The position numbers and the translations under genes were made by a program. The notes below the pieces were generated by a model. That model made no database searches. It saw nothing but the letters and a program-made list of their open reading frames with translations, and was not told where the DNA came from. 64,000 nucleotides of DNA from Chiloscyllium plagiosum (lineage: Eukaryota). The stretch is from assembly GCF_004010195.1 (NCBI RefSeq), contig NC_057720.1, positions 33,771,304 to 33,835,303 on the forward strand, given 5' to 3'. Below are positions 24,925 through 37,699 of the stretch, piece by piece. How positions within the stretch are numbered: position 1 is the stretch's first letter; every line of letters starts with the position of its first letter.

Positions 24925-25510
24925 TCACAGGCAAAGAAGTGGCCATTGTTCTATAGCTGGCTGTCCAAATGAACATACCACTGCCATTTTCCTGCCTTTT
25001 TTCTTGTAATCCTGCACATTGTTCTTTTTTAAGTAACCATCAAACATTCGGCTGAATGCCTTGATTAAACCTGTCCCCGTCACACTCTGAGTATATTCCA
25101 AACTCTAATTTCTCATTGTGTGAAAATGTTTGCCTCATATGACTTTTGCTTCATTCACTAAATAGTTGAACTCTGTGCCCTCTTATCCATGATCCTTTCA
25201 CAAGTAGGCACATTTTCTCCTTCCAGCTTATGATTTTGAATACTTCAATCAAATCTCCTCTTGGCTATCCTTCAAGAAGAATAATCTCAGCTTCTTCAAT
25301 CCATCTTCATATTCAACTTCCTCATCCTTGGAACCATTCTCACAAGCCTGTTTTGACTCTCTCCAATGGCTTCACATTGTTTCTCTGATCTGGATGCAAT
25401 ATTCCAGCTGACGCTTAACTTGCTCCAGTACTCTATTTGCTAAAGCCCAGGATATTGTATGCTTTATTAAATGCTCCCTCAGCCTGTCCTGCCATTTTTA
25501 ATGACAGATT
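24925..25510 (-). mobile_element. Old CR1 3' fragment
   Basis: Reverse CR1 ORF2-end/3'UTR motifs (AATCAAATCTCCTC..., CAATATTCCAGCTG). Confidence 0.6.
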
Positions 25511-25514
25511 TTAT

Positions 25515-26330
25515 TTTATTTATTATTGTCATATGTACCTCGGTACATTGAAAAGTTTTGTTTGACATGCAAGCCAGGCTGATCACAACATACAAACATC
25601 ATAGGATGATAAAAGGAAGATCAGCATTAGATTTGAAACTTGAGAGGATCATTCAGAAGACTGATAACAGTGTGGAAGAAGCTGTTCTTGAACCTGTTGG
25701 TACATGTATTTAAGCTTTTGAATCTTCTGCCTGACTGAAGAGGTTGGAAGATATTATAACCCGGTGGGAGGGGTCTTTGATGATGATGGCTGCTTTTCCA
25801 AAGCAGCATAAACTATAGATGAAGTCAATGGATGGAAGGTTGGCTTGCGTAATGCTGTGTTCAAAACAATCTGTAGTTTCTTACTGTCCTGGACAGAGCA
25901 GTTGCTGTAACAAGCGGTGATACATCCAGATAGAATGTGTTCTATGGTGCATCTGTAAAAGTTGGTGAGAGTCCTTATGGGCATGCTGAATTTCTTTAGC
26001 CTCCTGAGGAAGAAGAAATGTTGTTATGCCTTTTTGACCATCGCATCAACGTGAATATTCCAGGATAGATTGTCCTCCAAGTAACTGGATACTCACGACC
26101 ATCTCCGCCTCAGTTCCAATCTTTGTAGATGGTCGATGATCAGTCTTTTAGTTTTGCTGACATTGAGGGAGTGATTGTTATCATTGCACCACACCACCAA
26201 GCATTCTCCTTCCTGTATTCCGTTTTGTCATTGTTAGATATCCGGTCTACAATGTCGTGATGTCCGCGAACTTGTAGATGGATGTCAGACAAACGTTGGT
26301 CCCACAGTCATGAGTGTACAGAGAGTAGCA
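25515..26330 (-). mobile_element. Rex1/Babar-type non-LTR retrotransposon 3' part
   Basis: ORFs LTNFYRCTIEHILSGCITACY.NC...KLQ and PLQSGRRFKSL.T.TNRFKNSFF...ISLLN; upstream KFADITT-like RT motif (TCCGCGAACTTGTAGAT on the plus strand). Confidence 0.8.
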
Positions 26331-26703
26331 TGATATCATTGGCGGTCCCTTCCAGACGAGGATGACACTTCCACTCTCTGAGTCCGTAGGTTGCTGTACA
26401 GATCAATGCTGCTACCGCGGGCTCTGTAACACTGGGGACAGCTGGTGGTCATGGGAAGGGGCATTGGTGTAGCTTTGTCTGTCAGGATGGCTTCATGTCA
26501 CTATCCTCAGGACAACGATCTTTGCGTGGTGCCATACTTTGTCTGGTCTCTGGCATCTTCAACAATGAGTAGGGGTGAAGAGCAGAGAGGGAGTGGTGCT
26601 CCTTGGTTACAGAGAGTAAACTGCTATTCAGATGACTTGTAAATATGGCACTTGAATGTATTTGCAGGGGGAAGACCTACTGCCTGCCTTCCCAGTAAAT
26701 CTG

Positions 26704-26866
26704 AAAATGTGTTGCTGGAACAGCGCAGCAGGTCAGGCAGGAGAATCGACGTTTCGGGCATAAGCCCTTCTTCATGATTTCCCTGGATGCTGCCTGATCT
26801 GCTGTGCTGTTCCAGCAACGCATTTTCAGCTCTGATCTCCAGCATCTGCAGTCCTCACTTTCTCTC
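26704..26866. mobile_element. Palindromic Penelope pLTR derivative (family A)
   Basis: AAAATGTGTTGCTGGAACAGCGCAGCAGGTCAGGCAG / CTGCCTGATCTGCTGTGCTGTTCCAGCAACGCATTTT inverted repeat; CTTCCCAGTAAATCTG duplicated on both flanks. Confidence 0.8.
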
Positions 26867-28644
26867 TCTCTTCCCAGTAAATCTGGTGTGTTACATGTAT
26901 ATGCTGATCAATATCAGAGGTTAACTGGGGTTCTACAGAATTATGGCATGTACTTTTCTATTCAGAGTTTTATTCTAATTTTAATGCCATCACCTGCAAC
27001 GGATTAATTACTTGTTCCCAATATTTATAGACACACACCAGTCGTCAAGTTCTCACCTAACTATCCCTTTATAAACTCCCATCCATCATCTGTTCCCTAG
27101 TCCCATTTGACCTCAGCCATCTCTGCCAGTCCTTGCTGGATAGTAACACATGACCATGTAATGAACTGACAAGAATGTAGTTGCATGAGAAAGTCCAACC
27201 TGGCCCCAAATGGAAGTAGCTCTTGCTTTTGGCTCCTTCACTCAGAACAATAAAAATCCTTGTCGCCCAGAAAGAAGCCTGTGGATATCCAATTGCTGCA
27301 CACACACAGGACCACGATTGATGGATTTTTGGGTCCTGTTGGAAACAAGGAATATGGTGTGTGCAGCATGGGAAAGGAAATGGTGTTGAAGATCAGCTAT
27401 CATGTTGAATAGTTGAGTAGACTCAATGGACTGTTTCAGCTATTTACTGTTTCAGCCCCCCCGTTTGCTCCTATTTCTTGTTTCCATCCTGAGAATCAAT
27501 GTTTGGTTTCTCTTTTGGCTGTCTTTATGACTATTGTCTCCAATTTTCTGTTTTGTTTTCTGAGTTGTTGCTTTCCAGCTGTTGTACAGTACTTTTGACT
27601 GTTCATCATTTTTACAACAACATTTATCTATGTTACATCTGGGCTGCCATCTTTTGACATTACCCTGTAATCTGTCCATTCAGTCTCCTTTCTTCTTCTT
27701 GCTCGACTAGGTTTCTCTAAATCAGTCCGCAGGCCATTGTCCATTAGGGACCCAAACATAAAGGGAAATTTAACAGTTCTATTGACGTTGATGTACAGAA
27801 AAGTTACACAGTGCAACTGAGTAATGACAGAATTTGAAAAAGCAAGAGGTACAAGGGAGATTTGGCCTGTTTGCTGAATAGTAATACATTTTATTTTCAA
27901 TAACAAAGAGCCTGAATTTCAGGATAAATATATAAACATATTTTTGAAAAACAAAGTTACCAAATCCTCCCTAGATTGTATTTAGATGGGTATTGGAACA
28001 GTAAAGTTGTCGGATCCTCATGTTCCGCTCAGAGGAAGAGTGCTTCCTTACCACCTTGCTACTTTTCATTATACATAATTTGTACAAATTTAATACATTT
28101 TAATAAAGAATTTGATTACCTGTAATTCTGCATGACTAATGTTGCTCAAATTTAGATTTTTGTGGTAAATTGCAAAAGGTGGCTGATATAATTTCTCCTC
28201 CCGTATCCTGCTCCATCCCATCTATGGTAAACAAAGCTCAAACCCAAGAATTCTCTGTTCATGTACACTGAAAAGCCTGACAGCGCCACAGCTGGGGTAT
28301 TGTGTACATTTTGCACGCACCAGAGGGTGGATATTTTTTCCTCTGAAGCTGGTGTAATGCACATTTACCAGAATGTTACCAGGCTCCAAGAGTAAAAATT
28401 TGAGAGATTACACAAATAAGGCTGGGATTTTTTGGAATGTAGTGATTCGATTGAAGTCATTAGATGGAATGATGTTTCCACTCTTGAGGACAATGACCTT
28501 AAAGTCAGCGTCGGGCCATTGAAAGACTGACATTTTTGTATCAAGATGTCTTTAAGTACTTTATTATCAAAGACATACTGAATTTTGGAGTGTAATCGTT
28601 GTAGAAATCCCTGCCTATCCCCTGCTCTTCCCTGGAAATAATGA

Positions 28645-28821
28645 ATCTTTACATCCATCTGAGAGTGCAGCTGGGGCATTCACTTAACATCTCATTTGAA
28701 GGATGATTTATTGAACAATGCAATACTCCTTCGATGTTACAGTGGAATACCAGCCTTGGTTGTGGAATCCGAGTCACTGCAGAGTGATTTAACCGATGAC
28801 TGACTTGGAGCAACAAAACTG
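28645..28821 (-). mobile_element. Degenerate Deu-domain SINE (SacSINE1/AmnSINE-related)
   Basis: CTGAGAG.GCAG.TGGGGC...TTAACATCTCAT.TGAAGGA...CAATGCAATACTCC.TC...GGAATACCAGCC resembles the reverse of the recalled Deu-SINE core; tRNA-like head at the right end. Confidence 0.45.
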
Positions 28822-29399
28822 CCAACTGAACATGGCTGGCACTTCATGGAAAAAATAGGAAACTGTCCTCCTTCCTCAGGGGAACTCTCTTCCACAAAAA
28901 GCCATAGTTCTAGTTAAACTGATGTTGATAGATTTTGCTGGTTAAAGGCATAAACAGTAATATAACCAAGTTAGGTGGATAGAGTTCAAATGTGATCAGC
29001 CATGATTGAATGGTGGAGTAAGCTAAAGGAACTGAGTTCAATGAGTGGGTCTTGCATCAGTATTTTCCAACTCTGGCGCATTGCTTTGATACTCTAAATA
29101 TATGAAACCAGGAAGTAGAACATTTTAAATGGTGCCATGCCCTCAATTATTGAAGGCCCAATAATTTTCCTGGATGAGGAACAAATCCAATTGCAGCAGT
29201 CTGAGCAATGTACACATATTTGCTCATTTTATTTATTTTTTTGTCTTTGGATATTATGTTGTTTGCTGAGACATAATCATTGCCGGCTTATTGAATCCGC
29301 TCTTCTGCTATAATAGAAAATTTAGAAGGCAAGGCATCAAAGCTCCAACATAGAACATAGATTGAACCCACTATCGCTTGACAAGCCAGAAATATCCAT

Positions 29400-29660
29400 A
29401 AAATTAGGGTACCACCTCCATGGGGCATCACTTCCTGCAGCTTCCTCTCCAAGTCATGCACCATTCTGGCTTGGAATGGATTGCTAATCCTTCACTGTTG
29501 CTGGGTCTAAATTGTGGAAATGTCTTCCAAAGAATACTGCAGGTACCTGCAGTGTTCTAGAAGACAACTCACCGCCAACATCTCGAGGACAAATGGGAAT
29601 GGGCAATAAAATGATGGCATGGCCCATATCTCACCCATATCCCATTATTGATTTTTTTAA
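29400..29660 (+). mobile_element. Old CR1-like 3' tail
   Basis: TTCCTCTCCAAGTCA..CACCAT.CTG.CTTGGAA...GGGAATGGGCAATAAA, shared with 41030-41425 and the reverse copy at 35385. Confidence 0.65.
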
Positions 29661-30290
29661 ATCCAGCATTTTATTATGACCCATTGCTTAACAATTGTGA
29701 TTGTTAAAGCATTCTCCAACTAGAAAAAGATGGCTGGAATCAGTTTTATGATTGTCCCTGAATTATGGGACATAATTTAAACTTTGAATTCTAATTGTCA
29801 TTATTTTTTGATTCTGTGACTGTGACCACATCAGCTTGCCATCTGTCGGATGTTGAGTACCTTGCCAAAAGATGGATAAAATGGCAGTTTTGCGTACCAA
29901 AGTGATTTGGAACTCCATGGTGTGACTTTGGCCAAATTGATAAACCTATCATTTTCGAAGTCTTTTTTTCTCCCTTAATAATTTGATATGTATGGTTTGA
30001 GCAAGGTCCTTTGGAAGCCATTCAGCATTATTTTCTTACTAGTATTGAAGAACCACAAAGATAAATGAGATAGATGTTAGTACTTCAACTTAATTTCAGA
30101 AAAGATTACCGGGGTAGGAGGATGGACAATGATGAGAGAAATTGATCAAATTTGAACATTGTGATGTATGATTGTATTATGCAGACATGTACATTGTTTT
30201 ATTTTTGGGTTGTTAATTAGAAACTTGCTTATTATGGGTAGACAGAATGCTGTTCAGCATTGCACTATAGCCACCATTGTTGGTACCTGT

Positions 30291-30625
30291 GGGCGGCACG
30301 GTGGCACAGTGGTTAGCACTGCAGCCTCACAGCGCCAGAGACCCGGGTTCAATTCCCGCCTCAGGCGACTGACTGTGTGGAGTTTGCACATTCTTCCCTT
30401 GACTGCGTGGGTTTCCTCCGGGTGCTCCGGTTTCCTCCCACAATCCAAAAATGTGTAGGTTAGGTGAATTGGCCATGCTAAATTGCCCGTAGTGTTAGGT
30501 GAAGGGGTAAATGTAGGAGAATGGGTCTGGGTGGGTTACGCTTCGGCGGGTTGGTGTGGACTTGTTGGGCCGAAGGGCCTGTTTCCACACTGTAGGTAAT
30601 CTAATTCAAATCTAATTCTAATTCA
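30291..30625 (+). mobile_element. HE1-type V-SINE, full length
   Basis: GGGCGGCACGGTGGCACAGTGG start, B box, V-domain, TCTAA tail; near-identical to the copy at 10777. Confidence 0.92.
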
Positions 30626-31658
30626 ATGAAAAAACTCATCTTTGCAGTCACATTAGTATATGCTAGGGTAGGGGTGGGGGATCTGCAGCCTTTTGGGGTA
30701 TTAGTTGTGACCTTCTGCCTATTTGTTTGCAAATACTAAATCCACCTTTTTAAATCAGTGTACCATTTAAATGTTTTTTTTACTGGTAATCCAGTCATGA
30801 CAAAAACTAAGAAAAAAGCATTAAAGGAAGAGAACAGAGAGTTCAATAAAGAATAGGAATTACAATAATACGTAATTGCTGTGAAAAGATAAAATGATGT
30901 GTTTGCCCTGCGACGCCATAATCGCAACAGTGAAAAAATACACTGCATATCAGCATTATGCAACTCATAAGAACCACAAATATGCTAAACTGGAAGAAGA
31001 ACACCAAAAGTGTGCACTTCAGAGAATGAAAGATCAAAAGCAGCAGCAAGTGTTTAAAACAATGTCAGTACAAGGGACTGACATCACTGAAGCAACTTAT
31101 AAAGTAGTATATATATTGGGAGAAGAGGTAAGCCATTTAACAAGGTGGAAATCATAAAAGATTGCATTGTTGAAGTTGTAGGATGTTTAGATTCAAATAA
31201 GTTTAATAAGTAAAAACCACTACCTTTTTCAAAAAGGACTGTATCCGATCAGCAAAATGAATTAGCTCTCAGCATAACAGAACAACTTCATATAACATGT
31301 CAAAGCGAAGACATTTATTATTCGATTGCTCTGGATGAATCCACTGACATTACAGACTCAGCGCAGGTGTTATTTTTTATTTGTGTTATAACTGCAGATT
31401 TTCACTGCCATGAGGAGTTACTGGCTTTGTGTGCCCTTATGGCGAGGACATGTGGAATTGACATCATCACAGAAAAATGCTGTGAAGCAAAACTGAATTT
31501 CTGTAGTTTAGTAAGTGTATGCACAGACAGTACACCTTCCATGAGAGGAAAACATGAAGGATTTGTTGCATTACTATGAAATAATTGCCAGATCCAGATA
31601 GTTTGGTTTCCTTTCATTGTCTGTGCCAAATCTACTATTTTAAGTGACACATTAAAGG

Positions 31659-31953
31659 AAGTTAAAAATCACACAACACCAGGTTATAGTCCAACAGGTT
31701 TAATTGGAAGCACACTAGCTTTCGGAGCGACGCTCCTTCATCAGGTGATTGTGGAGGGCTCGATCATAACACAGAATTTATCGCAAAAATTTGCAGTGTG
31801 ATGCTATAAATTCTGTGTTACGATCGAGCCCTCCACAATCACCTGATGAAGGAGCGTCGCTCCGAAAGCTAGTGTGCTTCCAATTAAACCTGTTGGACTA
31901 TAACCTGGTGTTGTGTGATTTTTAACTTTGTACACCCCAGTCCAACACCGGCA
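31659..31953. mobile_element. Palindromic Penelope pLTR insertion (family B) inside the hAT element
   Basis: Arms 31659-31785 and 31802-31928 are near-perfect reverse complements; tail TACACCCCAGTCCAACACCGGC matches the copy at 16631. Confidence 0.85.
31840..31874 (+). ncRNA. Minimal type I hammerhead ribozyme motif (mirror copy on minus strand at 31713-31747)
   Basis: CAC-CUGAUGA-A-GGAGC-GUC-GCUCC-GAAA-GC-UA-GUG: intact core, 5-bp stem II, palindromic AGCU helix III, stem I CAC/GUG. Confidence 0.75.
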
Positions 31954-33200
31954 TGTATATCTGATAAGTAGCTAAACATCCAGGCATTTCAGAAAAGACT
32001 GACCTTTTTCAAAACTCTCCTTACCCGATCAGAACTTCCAGCCGAACACTTGCCTGAACTGGCAAGTTATTGAACAGGATCCAAGCAAATCATTCAGGAA
32101 ATGTGACATGAAAGAATATACACAGCTCTTCTAGACTCCCTGATTGAAGAATACAATGAAAGGTTTGCAGATTTTGAGAAACATGATCTCACGCTGAAAC
32201 TAGCTTTTCAACCACACCTGGCTGATGCTTCCAAAGCACCTGACGACTTACAGCTGGAATTGATTGAGCCCTCAGAAGATAATATTCTGAAGTCTCTATT
32301 TGATGCTAAGCAGGATCCCATTGAAATATGGAAAAATGATGTTGAATACCAATGTCTATGTCAACATGCTCGTTGAATGCTGTCTGTTTTGGCACATTGC
32401 GAATCAATGTTTTTATATGTGACACAAATTGAAATGTGCTTGAGATCTCAGATGATGGATACGCACCTGGCGGACCAGTTAGAGCCAAGGTCAACAATGT
32501 TGGAACCAAATGTCTGATTCCTATCTTGCAATAAACAATCACAAAAAAATCATTAAATTTTTTGTTGTCTAAATTATTCACTTATTACTAGTTCTGTTGT
32601 CAACTTTGCCAAACAAATAATATGTCTTCGCTGAATTTTTATTTTGGTTGAAGTCCTCATATAATAGTAGACTCTAATTAAAATTAGTAAATATGTTAAA
32701 AAAAATGACATTTTGTTCTTTAAGTTATATTCTCAGCATGTGGCCTAGTAGAATCTCAGTTAAATAAAATGTGGCATTCCAGTGTAAAAATGTTCCCCAC
32801 CCCTAGGCTAGGGATTAGATGGTTACTAATCTTATTACCCATTGTCACACCTTAGATCAGATGATGGCAGCAGCATCTGATCTTATTAGTATCCAGCACC
32901 TGAATGAGGACCTAGGAATACACGGATTATGAACTTTGTTTCAGATTTTCTCTCCTTATTCCTGCCTCCTTGTGAAAATGTCATACATATGAGATGCCCA
33001 AAACCCTTGTCGACTTATTGATAGCTTTCCCACCTCTCAGTAGAAAGGGAACCCCACTCCACCAGTTCCAGTGACTGGGGATTTGAACTCTGGATCGGGA
33101 TGGATATCCTACATTAATCTTCTATGTGGGGTGCGGCTGACCCTCCACCATCAAGTTATGACTTTCAAGAGCTCATTAAACCTGGATGCCATTAAGGATG

Positions 33201-33345
33201 AGCTGAAAAATGTGTTGGTGGAAAAGCGCAGTAGGTCAGGCAGCATCCAAGGAGCAGGAGAATCGATGTTTCGGGCATAAGCCCTTCTTCAGAAACACAT
33301 TTTTCAGCTCTGATCTCCAGCATATGCAGTCCTCACTTTCTCCTA
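33201..33345. mobile_element. Short Penelope pLTR derivative (family A)
   Basis: AGCTGAAAAATGTGTT...TTTCGGGCATAAGCCCTTCTTCAG...AACACATTTTTCAGCT inverted ends; hammerhead motif on the minus strand at ~33262-33292. Confidence 0.75.
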
Positions 33346-33654
33346 TAGTTGATGTAGGGATCGTTATGGTCGTTGGAGGATCATTCACATTCAGATCCCA
33401 AGCACTGTTAATTGACCCATGAATCGTTCATGATGGCATGCAGCTCTCCAAGATGAGGTTGTGAAGATTCGAAACCAACAACTCCCATCCTTTCATGGCC
33501 ATCCATCCAAGTCTGAACTCTGTGCAGATCTTCTGAATATGAGTAGCTTTATTGATTTACTTGCTTCACAAAACCAAATAGTAACACAGAAGATGAAATC
33601 AGTTCAAATATCAACCATTTCAAGTGAAAGAATAGGAGGTGCAGGTTTTAATTA

Positions 33655-33838
33655 GGGTTGGTGCTGGAAAAGCACAGCCGGTCAGGCAGCATCCGAGGAG
33701 CAGGCGAGTTGATGTTTCAAGAATTGGATGCTCAAAATGTCGACTCTCCTGCTCCTCAGATGTTGCCTGACCGGTTGTGCTTTTCCAGCACCACACTTTT
33801 TGATTCTGATCTCCAGCATCTGCAGTTCTCACTTTCTT
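33655..33838. mobile_element. Palindromic Penelope pLTR derivative (family A)
   Basis: GGTGCTGGAAAAGCACAGCCGGTCAGGCAGCATCCGAGGAGCAGG / CCTGCTCCTCAGATGTTGCCTGACCGGTTGTGCTTTTCCAGCACC. Confidence 0.75.
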
Positions 33839-34526
33839 CCTGTTTTAATTGGGCTCCTGCCTATGTCAGGCTGAAACGTTGTCACTGGTTTCAAAACCAC
33901 TTTAAGAATTAATTTAGTAAGCCAAGAATTGGGACTTTTTTTTTCAAATTTACTCCTGTCCCCTTTGATATGCTGGGCAACAGTTGAAAACTTTGTCTGG
34001 ACCAAAGGACCTCTGCAACTTTGTGTGTGGAGATCACTTTGGTAGCTCTGCATTGAGGCTTTATACATCCATCAGCAATTTCTTTTAGTCTGTGAAGATA
34101 ATCTCAAAATGTACCCCCTTGCTAAAAGCAGTTAATTTGCTTCAATAAGAGACCTCAATCCAATCCAAATATTTTGAGCAGAGAGTATGGTTTTTAGAGG
34201 AGACCATAAATTGCTTTTGAGAAGGTGGAAAGAGCTCTATCCAACGGTTTGTAATCCTAAAATAGATAACAATTCATTTAATAAAATAATGTGCCCTCCA
34301 GACTGGTTTCTCAAAGGTGCTAATCCAAATTTAAGGTGTCAAGCAGGCGTAAAGATGAGGCCATTTTTGATATACCATTTGTTGAGCCTTTACCCATGCA
34401 GGAATAGAATAGAGACACCACACTGCAGCTCTAAAGTTAGAAAATAATACAAAAATGATGAATATTGCAGATGCTGGAACCCCAAAGTAGAAACCGGCTA
34501 TACTGGGGCAGAATTTATTTTGGGCA

Positions 34527-34640
34527 AAAGTGAGGACTGCAGATGCTAGAAATCAGACACTAGATTAGAGTGGTGCTGGAAAAGCACAGCCGGTCAGGCA
34601 GCATCCAAGGAGCAGGAAAATTGATGTTTCAGGCAATTTC
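34527..34640 (-). mobile_element. Penelope pLTR fragment (family A)
   Basis: AAAGTGAGGACTGCAGATGCT...GTGGTGCTGGAAAAGCACAGC.GGTCAGGCAGCATCC. Confidence 0.7.
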
Positions 34641-36770
34641 TTTGGATGACTTAGTTTCTAATAGTCATCACTGAAGAAAGAGCAGGGAAGGCATTTCCGC
34701 TAATGTTGAAAGCCCTGCAGCCCGCCATTTAATGCTCTATTGAGAAGAAGTCCTATCCTGGAGAGCTGCCGACTAATCTGATTGGCAAATGGCTCAATGG
34801 ATCCAGCAGGACCACTGGAACGGCTGGCCACAGCCTGCATTACAAACAGTCCCCATAATCTGGCCAAGTATGGTTCAGGATTTTGAAGTAGGGACTGGAG
34901 GGCAGGCTTTATGGGGCAGTTGCAAAGGATGAAACACTGACGACGAGCGGAATGGGAAAAGGGAGCTGGATCTAATCTAGAAATGGGCCCAGTGATGAAA
35001 CTGCCTTCCCTCCCACACAGCCTTTCCCACATCTTTGGTTTCCTGCTCCTGAAATCCTCCTGACATTTCAATATTGTAGGACACAGCCCTTAAGCAGCCA
35101 ATAATTTGTCAATTAAGGGCCTCATTTGGGACATCTTTGGAAAGGGTGCCCTAGACTTCACTCATGTGAAATTGCAGGCAGGTCATGGGACATCTGGGAG
35201 AGCAGAGGGAAGGACACCTGTTCATTCACCTGAAAATCCCTTGGTCGGAGACTGTAAGTTTCTGTTCCTGGAAATACTCAGCAAGTCAGGTAGCAGTTGT
35301 GGAGAGAGATGGATTTAACATGTCAGTTTCTGATGAAAGGTTAGAGTGTTAATTCTGTTTACCTCCATAAATATTGCCCGACCATTCTTTTATTTATTAA
35401 AGGGAATGTGGACAGAACTAATATTTATTGTCTATCCCTAATTGCTATAGAAAAGGTGCTAGTGAGCTTGAACCACTGCAGTACTGGAGGTAATGGAATA
35501 GTCGTAGTGCTGGTAGGAATGGTCTTCCAGGATTTTGACACTGCAACAGTGATATAGTTCTAAGTCTGGATGGCGTGTGACTTGGAGGGGCACTTGCAGG
35601 TGGTGAAGTGCCCATATATTTGATGCCTTCATGCTTCGAGATGCATATTTGAATGATGGTAGTGACAGAGCTTTGGTGAGTTGCTCCACTTTTTTTTTAT
35701 TTCAAAAATATACTTTATTCATAAAATATTTTGACGATCTGTACAATTGGTGGTGCCATTCATAGGCACACCTTGCATTTCTTTACATTGTAGATAGTGC
35801 ACCCTGCTGCCACTGTATATTGATGGTGAAGAGAGTGAATGTTGAAAATGCTGGTTGGGGTAGCAAAAAGCAGGCTACTTCTTGAATGTAGTTGGAACAG
35901 CACTGTCCAGTTAAGTGGACAGTATTAATTATATCCTTGACTTGTGCTTTGCAAATGGTGGAAAGTTATTGGGCAGACAGAAGGTGAATGCAGAATTCCT
36001 AGCTTTGATCTACTTTTATAGCCATATTATTTAAATAACTGGTCTAGTTCAGTTTCTGGTCATTGGTATCCCCGAAAATGTTGATAGAAAGTTCAGCGAT
36101 GATTTTACTAATGAACATTAATATCCAATGGTTGGATCTTCTCTTGTTGAAGGTGGTCACTACTCGCACTTATGTGTCATAAACATTATTTGCCATGTCC
36201 CTGCCCAAGCCTGGCCATTCTTCAGGTTTTGCTCCACATGTACTCCGGGTGGTTCAGTATTCGAAGAGTCATAAAAAATGCTAAACATGATGCAATCATC
36301 AGAAAATATTACAACTTCTGACTTTATAATGGCAGGAAAGTCATTGATGAAGTAACTAAAGGTGGTTGAACCTAAGACACTACCCTGAGGAACACCTACA
36401 GAAATATCTTGGAGCTTAGAAGATTGACATCCAACAAGTATAGCCATCTGCTTTTGCTCGGTCTGCCTCCAACCAGCGGAGAGTTTTCCCACTTATTTCC
36501 ATTGACTCCAATTGCTAGGGCTCCTTGATGCCATACTTGGATGAATGCAACCAAAGCAGTAACTCTCTCCTCACCTCTGGAATTTTGTCCATGTTTATAC
36601 CAATGCTATAAAGATGCCAAGTGGCCCCCATGAACCCAAATTAAAAATCAGTGAGCGGACTGTTCCTTTGTAAATGCCACTTGATATCAATGTTGATGAT
36701 CCCTTCTATCACTTTGGTAATGATTGAGAGTAGACCAAAACAGCAGCAATTTGTCCTGGAATACTCCTGA

Positions 36771-37699
36771 CATAGAGTCATAGAGATGTACAGCATGGAA
36801 ACAGACTCTTCGGTCCAACCTGTCCATGCTGACCAGATAGCCCAACCCAATCTAGTCCCACCTACCAGCACCCGGCCCATATCCCTCCAAACCCTTCCGA
36901 TTCATATACCCATACAAATGCCTCTTAAATGTTGCAATTGTACCAGCCTCCACCACATCCTCTGGCAGCTCATTCCATACACGTACCACCCTCTGCGTGA
37001 AAAAGTTGCCCCTTAGGTCTCTTTTATATATTTCCCTTCTCACCCTAAACCTATGCCCTCTAGTTCTGGATTCCCCGACCCCCAGGGATAAATAGATTTT
37101 GTCTATTTATCCTGTCCATGCCCCTTATAATTTTGTAAACCTCTGTAAGGTCACCCCTCAGCCTCTGACACTCCAGGGTAAACAGCCCCAGCCTGTTCAG
37201 CCTCTCCCTATAGCTCAAATCCTCCAACTCTGGCAATATCCTTGTAAATCTTTTCCGAACCCTTTCAAGTTTCACAACATCTTTCCAATAGGAAGGAGAC
37301 CAGAATTGCATGCAAAATTCCAACAGTGGCCTAACCAAGTCCTGTACAGCCACAACATGACCTCCCAATTCTTGTACTCAATATTCTGACCAATAAAGGA
37401 AAGCATACCAAACGCCTTTTTCACTATCCTCTCTACCTGTGACTCCACTTTCAAGGAGCTATGAACCTGCACTCCAAGGTCTCTTTGTTCAGCAACACTC
37501 CCTAGGACCTTACCATTAAGTGTATAAGTCCTGCTAAGATTTGCTTTCCCAAAATGCAGCACTTCGCATTTTTCTGAATTAAACTCTATCTGCCACTTCT
37601 CAGCCCATTGGCCCATCTGGTCCAGATCCTGTTGTAATCTGAGGTAACCCTCTTTGCTGTCCAATACACTACACCTCCAATTTTGGTGTAATCTACAAA
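36771..37699 (-). mobile_element. Young CR1 (HER1-type) 3' fragment
   Basis: Reverse complement of the 7692-8595 type sequence; ORFs 37060-37368 and 37272-38000. Confidence 0.9.

Larger units (their letters stand above)
30797..32556 (+). pseudogene. hAT transposase (GTF2IRD2/Buster-like), multiple stops, frameshifts and an internal deletion
   Basis: MTKTKKKALKEENREFNKE start; YSIALDESTDITDSAQVLFFI (~31318-31380) and LVSVCTDSTPSMRGK (~31508-31550) catalytic-Asp motifs; RFADFE and LQLELIE in the C-terminal part. Confidence 0.85.
30669..32805 (+). mobile_element. hAT DNA transposon (Buster/Charlie group), complete ends, decayed transposase
   Basis: TIRs TAGGGGTGGGG.A and T.CCCCACCCCTA; 8-bp TSD TGCTAGGG (30661-30668) / GGCTAGGG (32806-32813). 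Confidence 0.9.

Noticed and set aside
34690..35240. Possible old non-autonomous DNA element (similar impression at 51310-52390)
   Set aside because: Terminal inverted repeats and TSDs are too degenerate to support.
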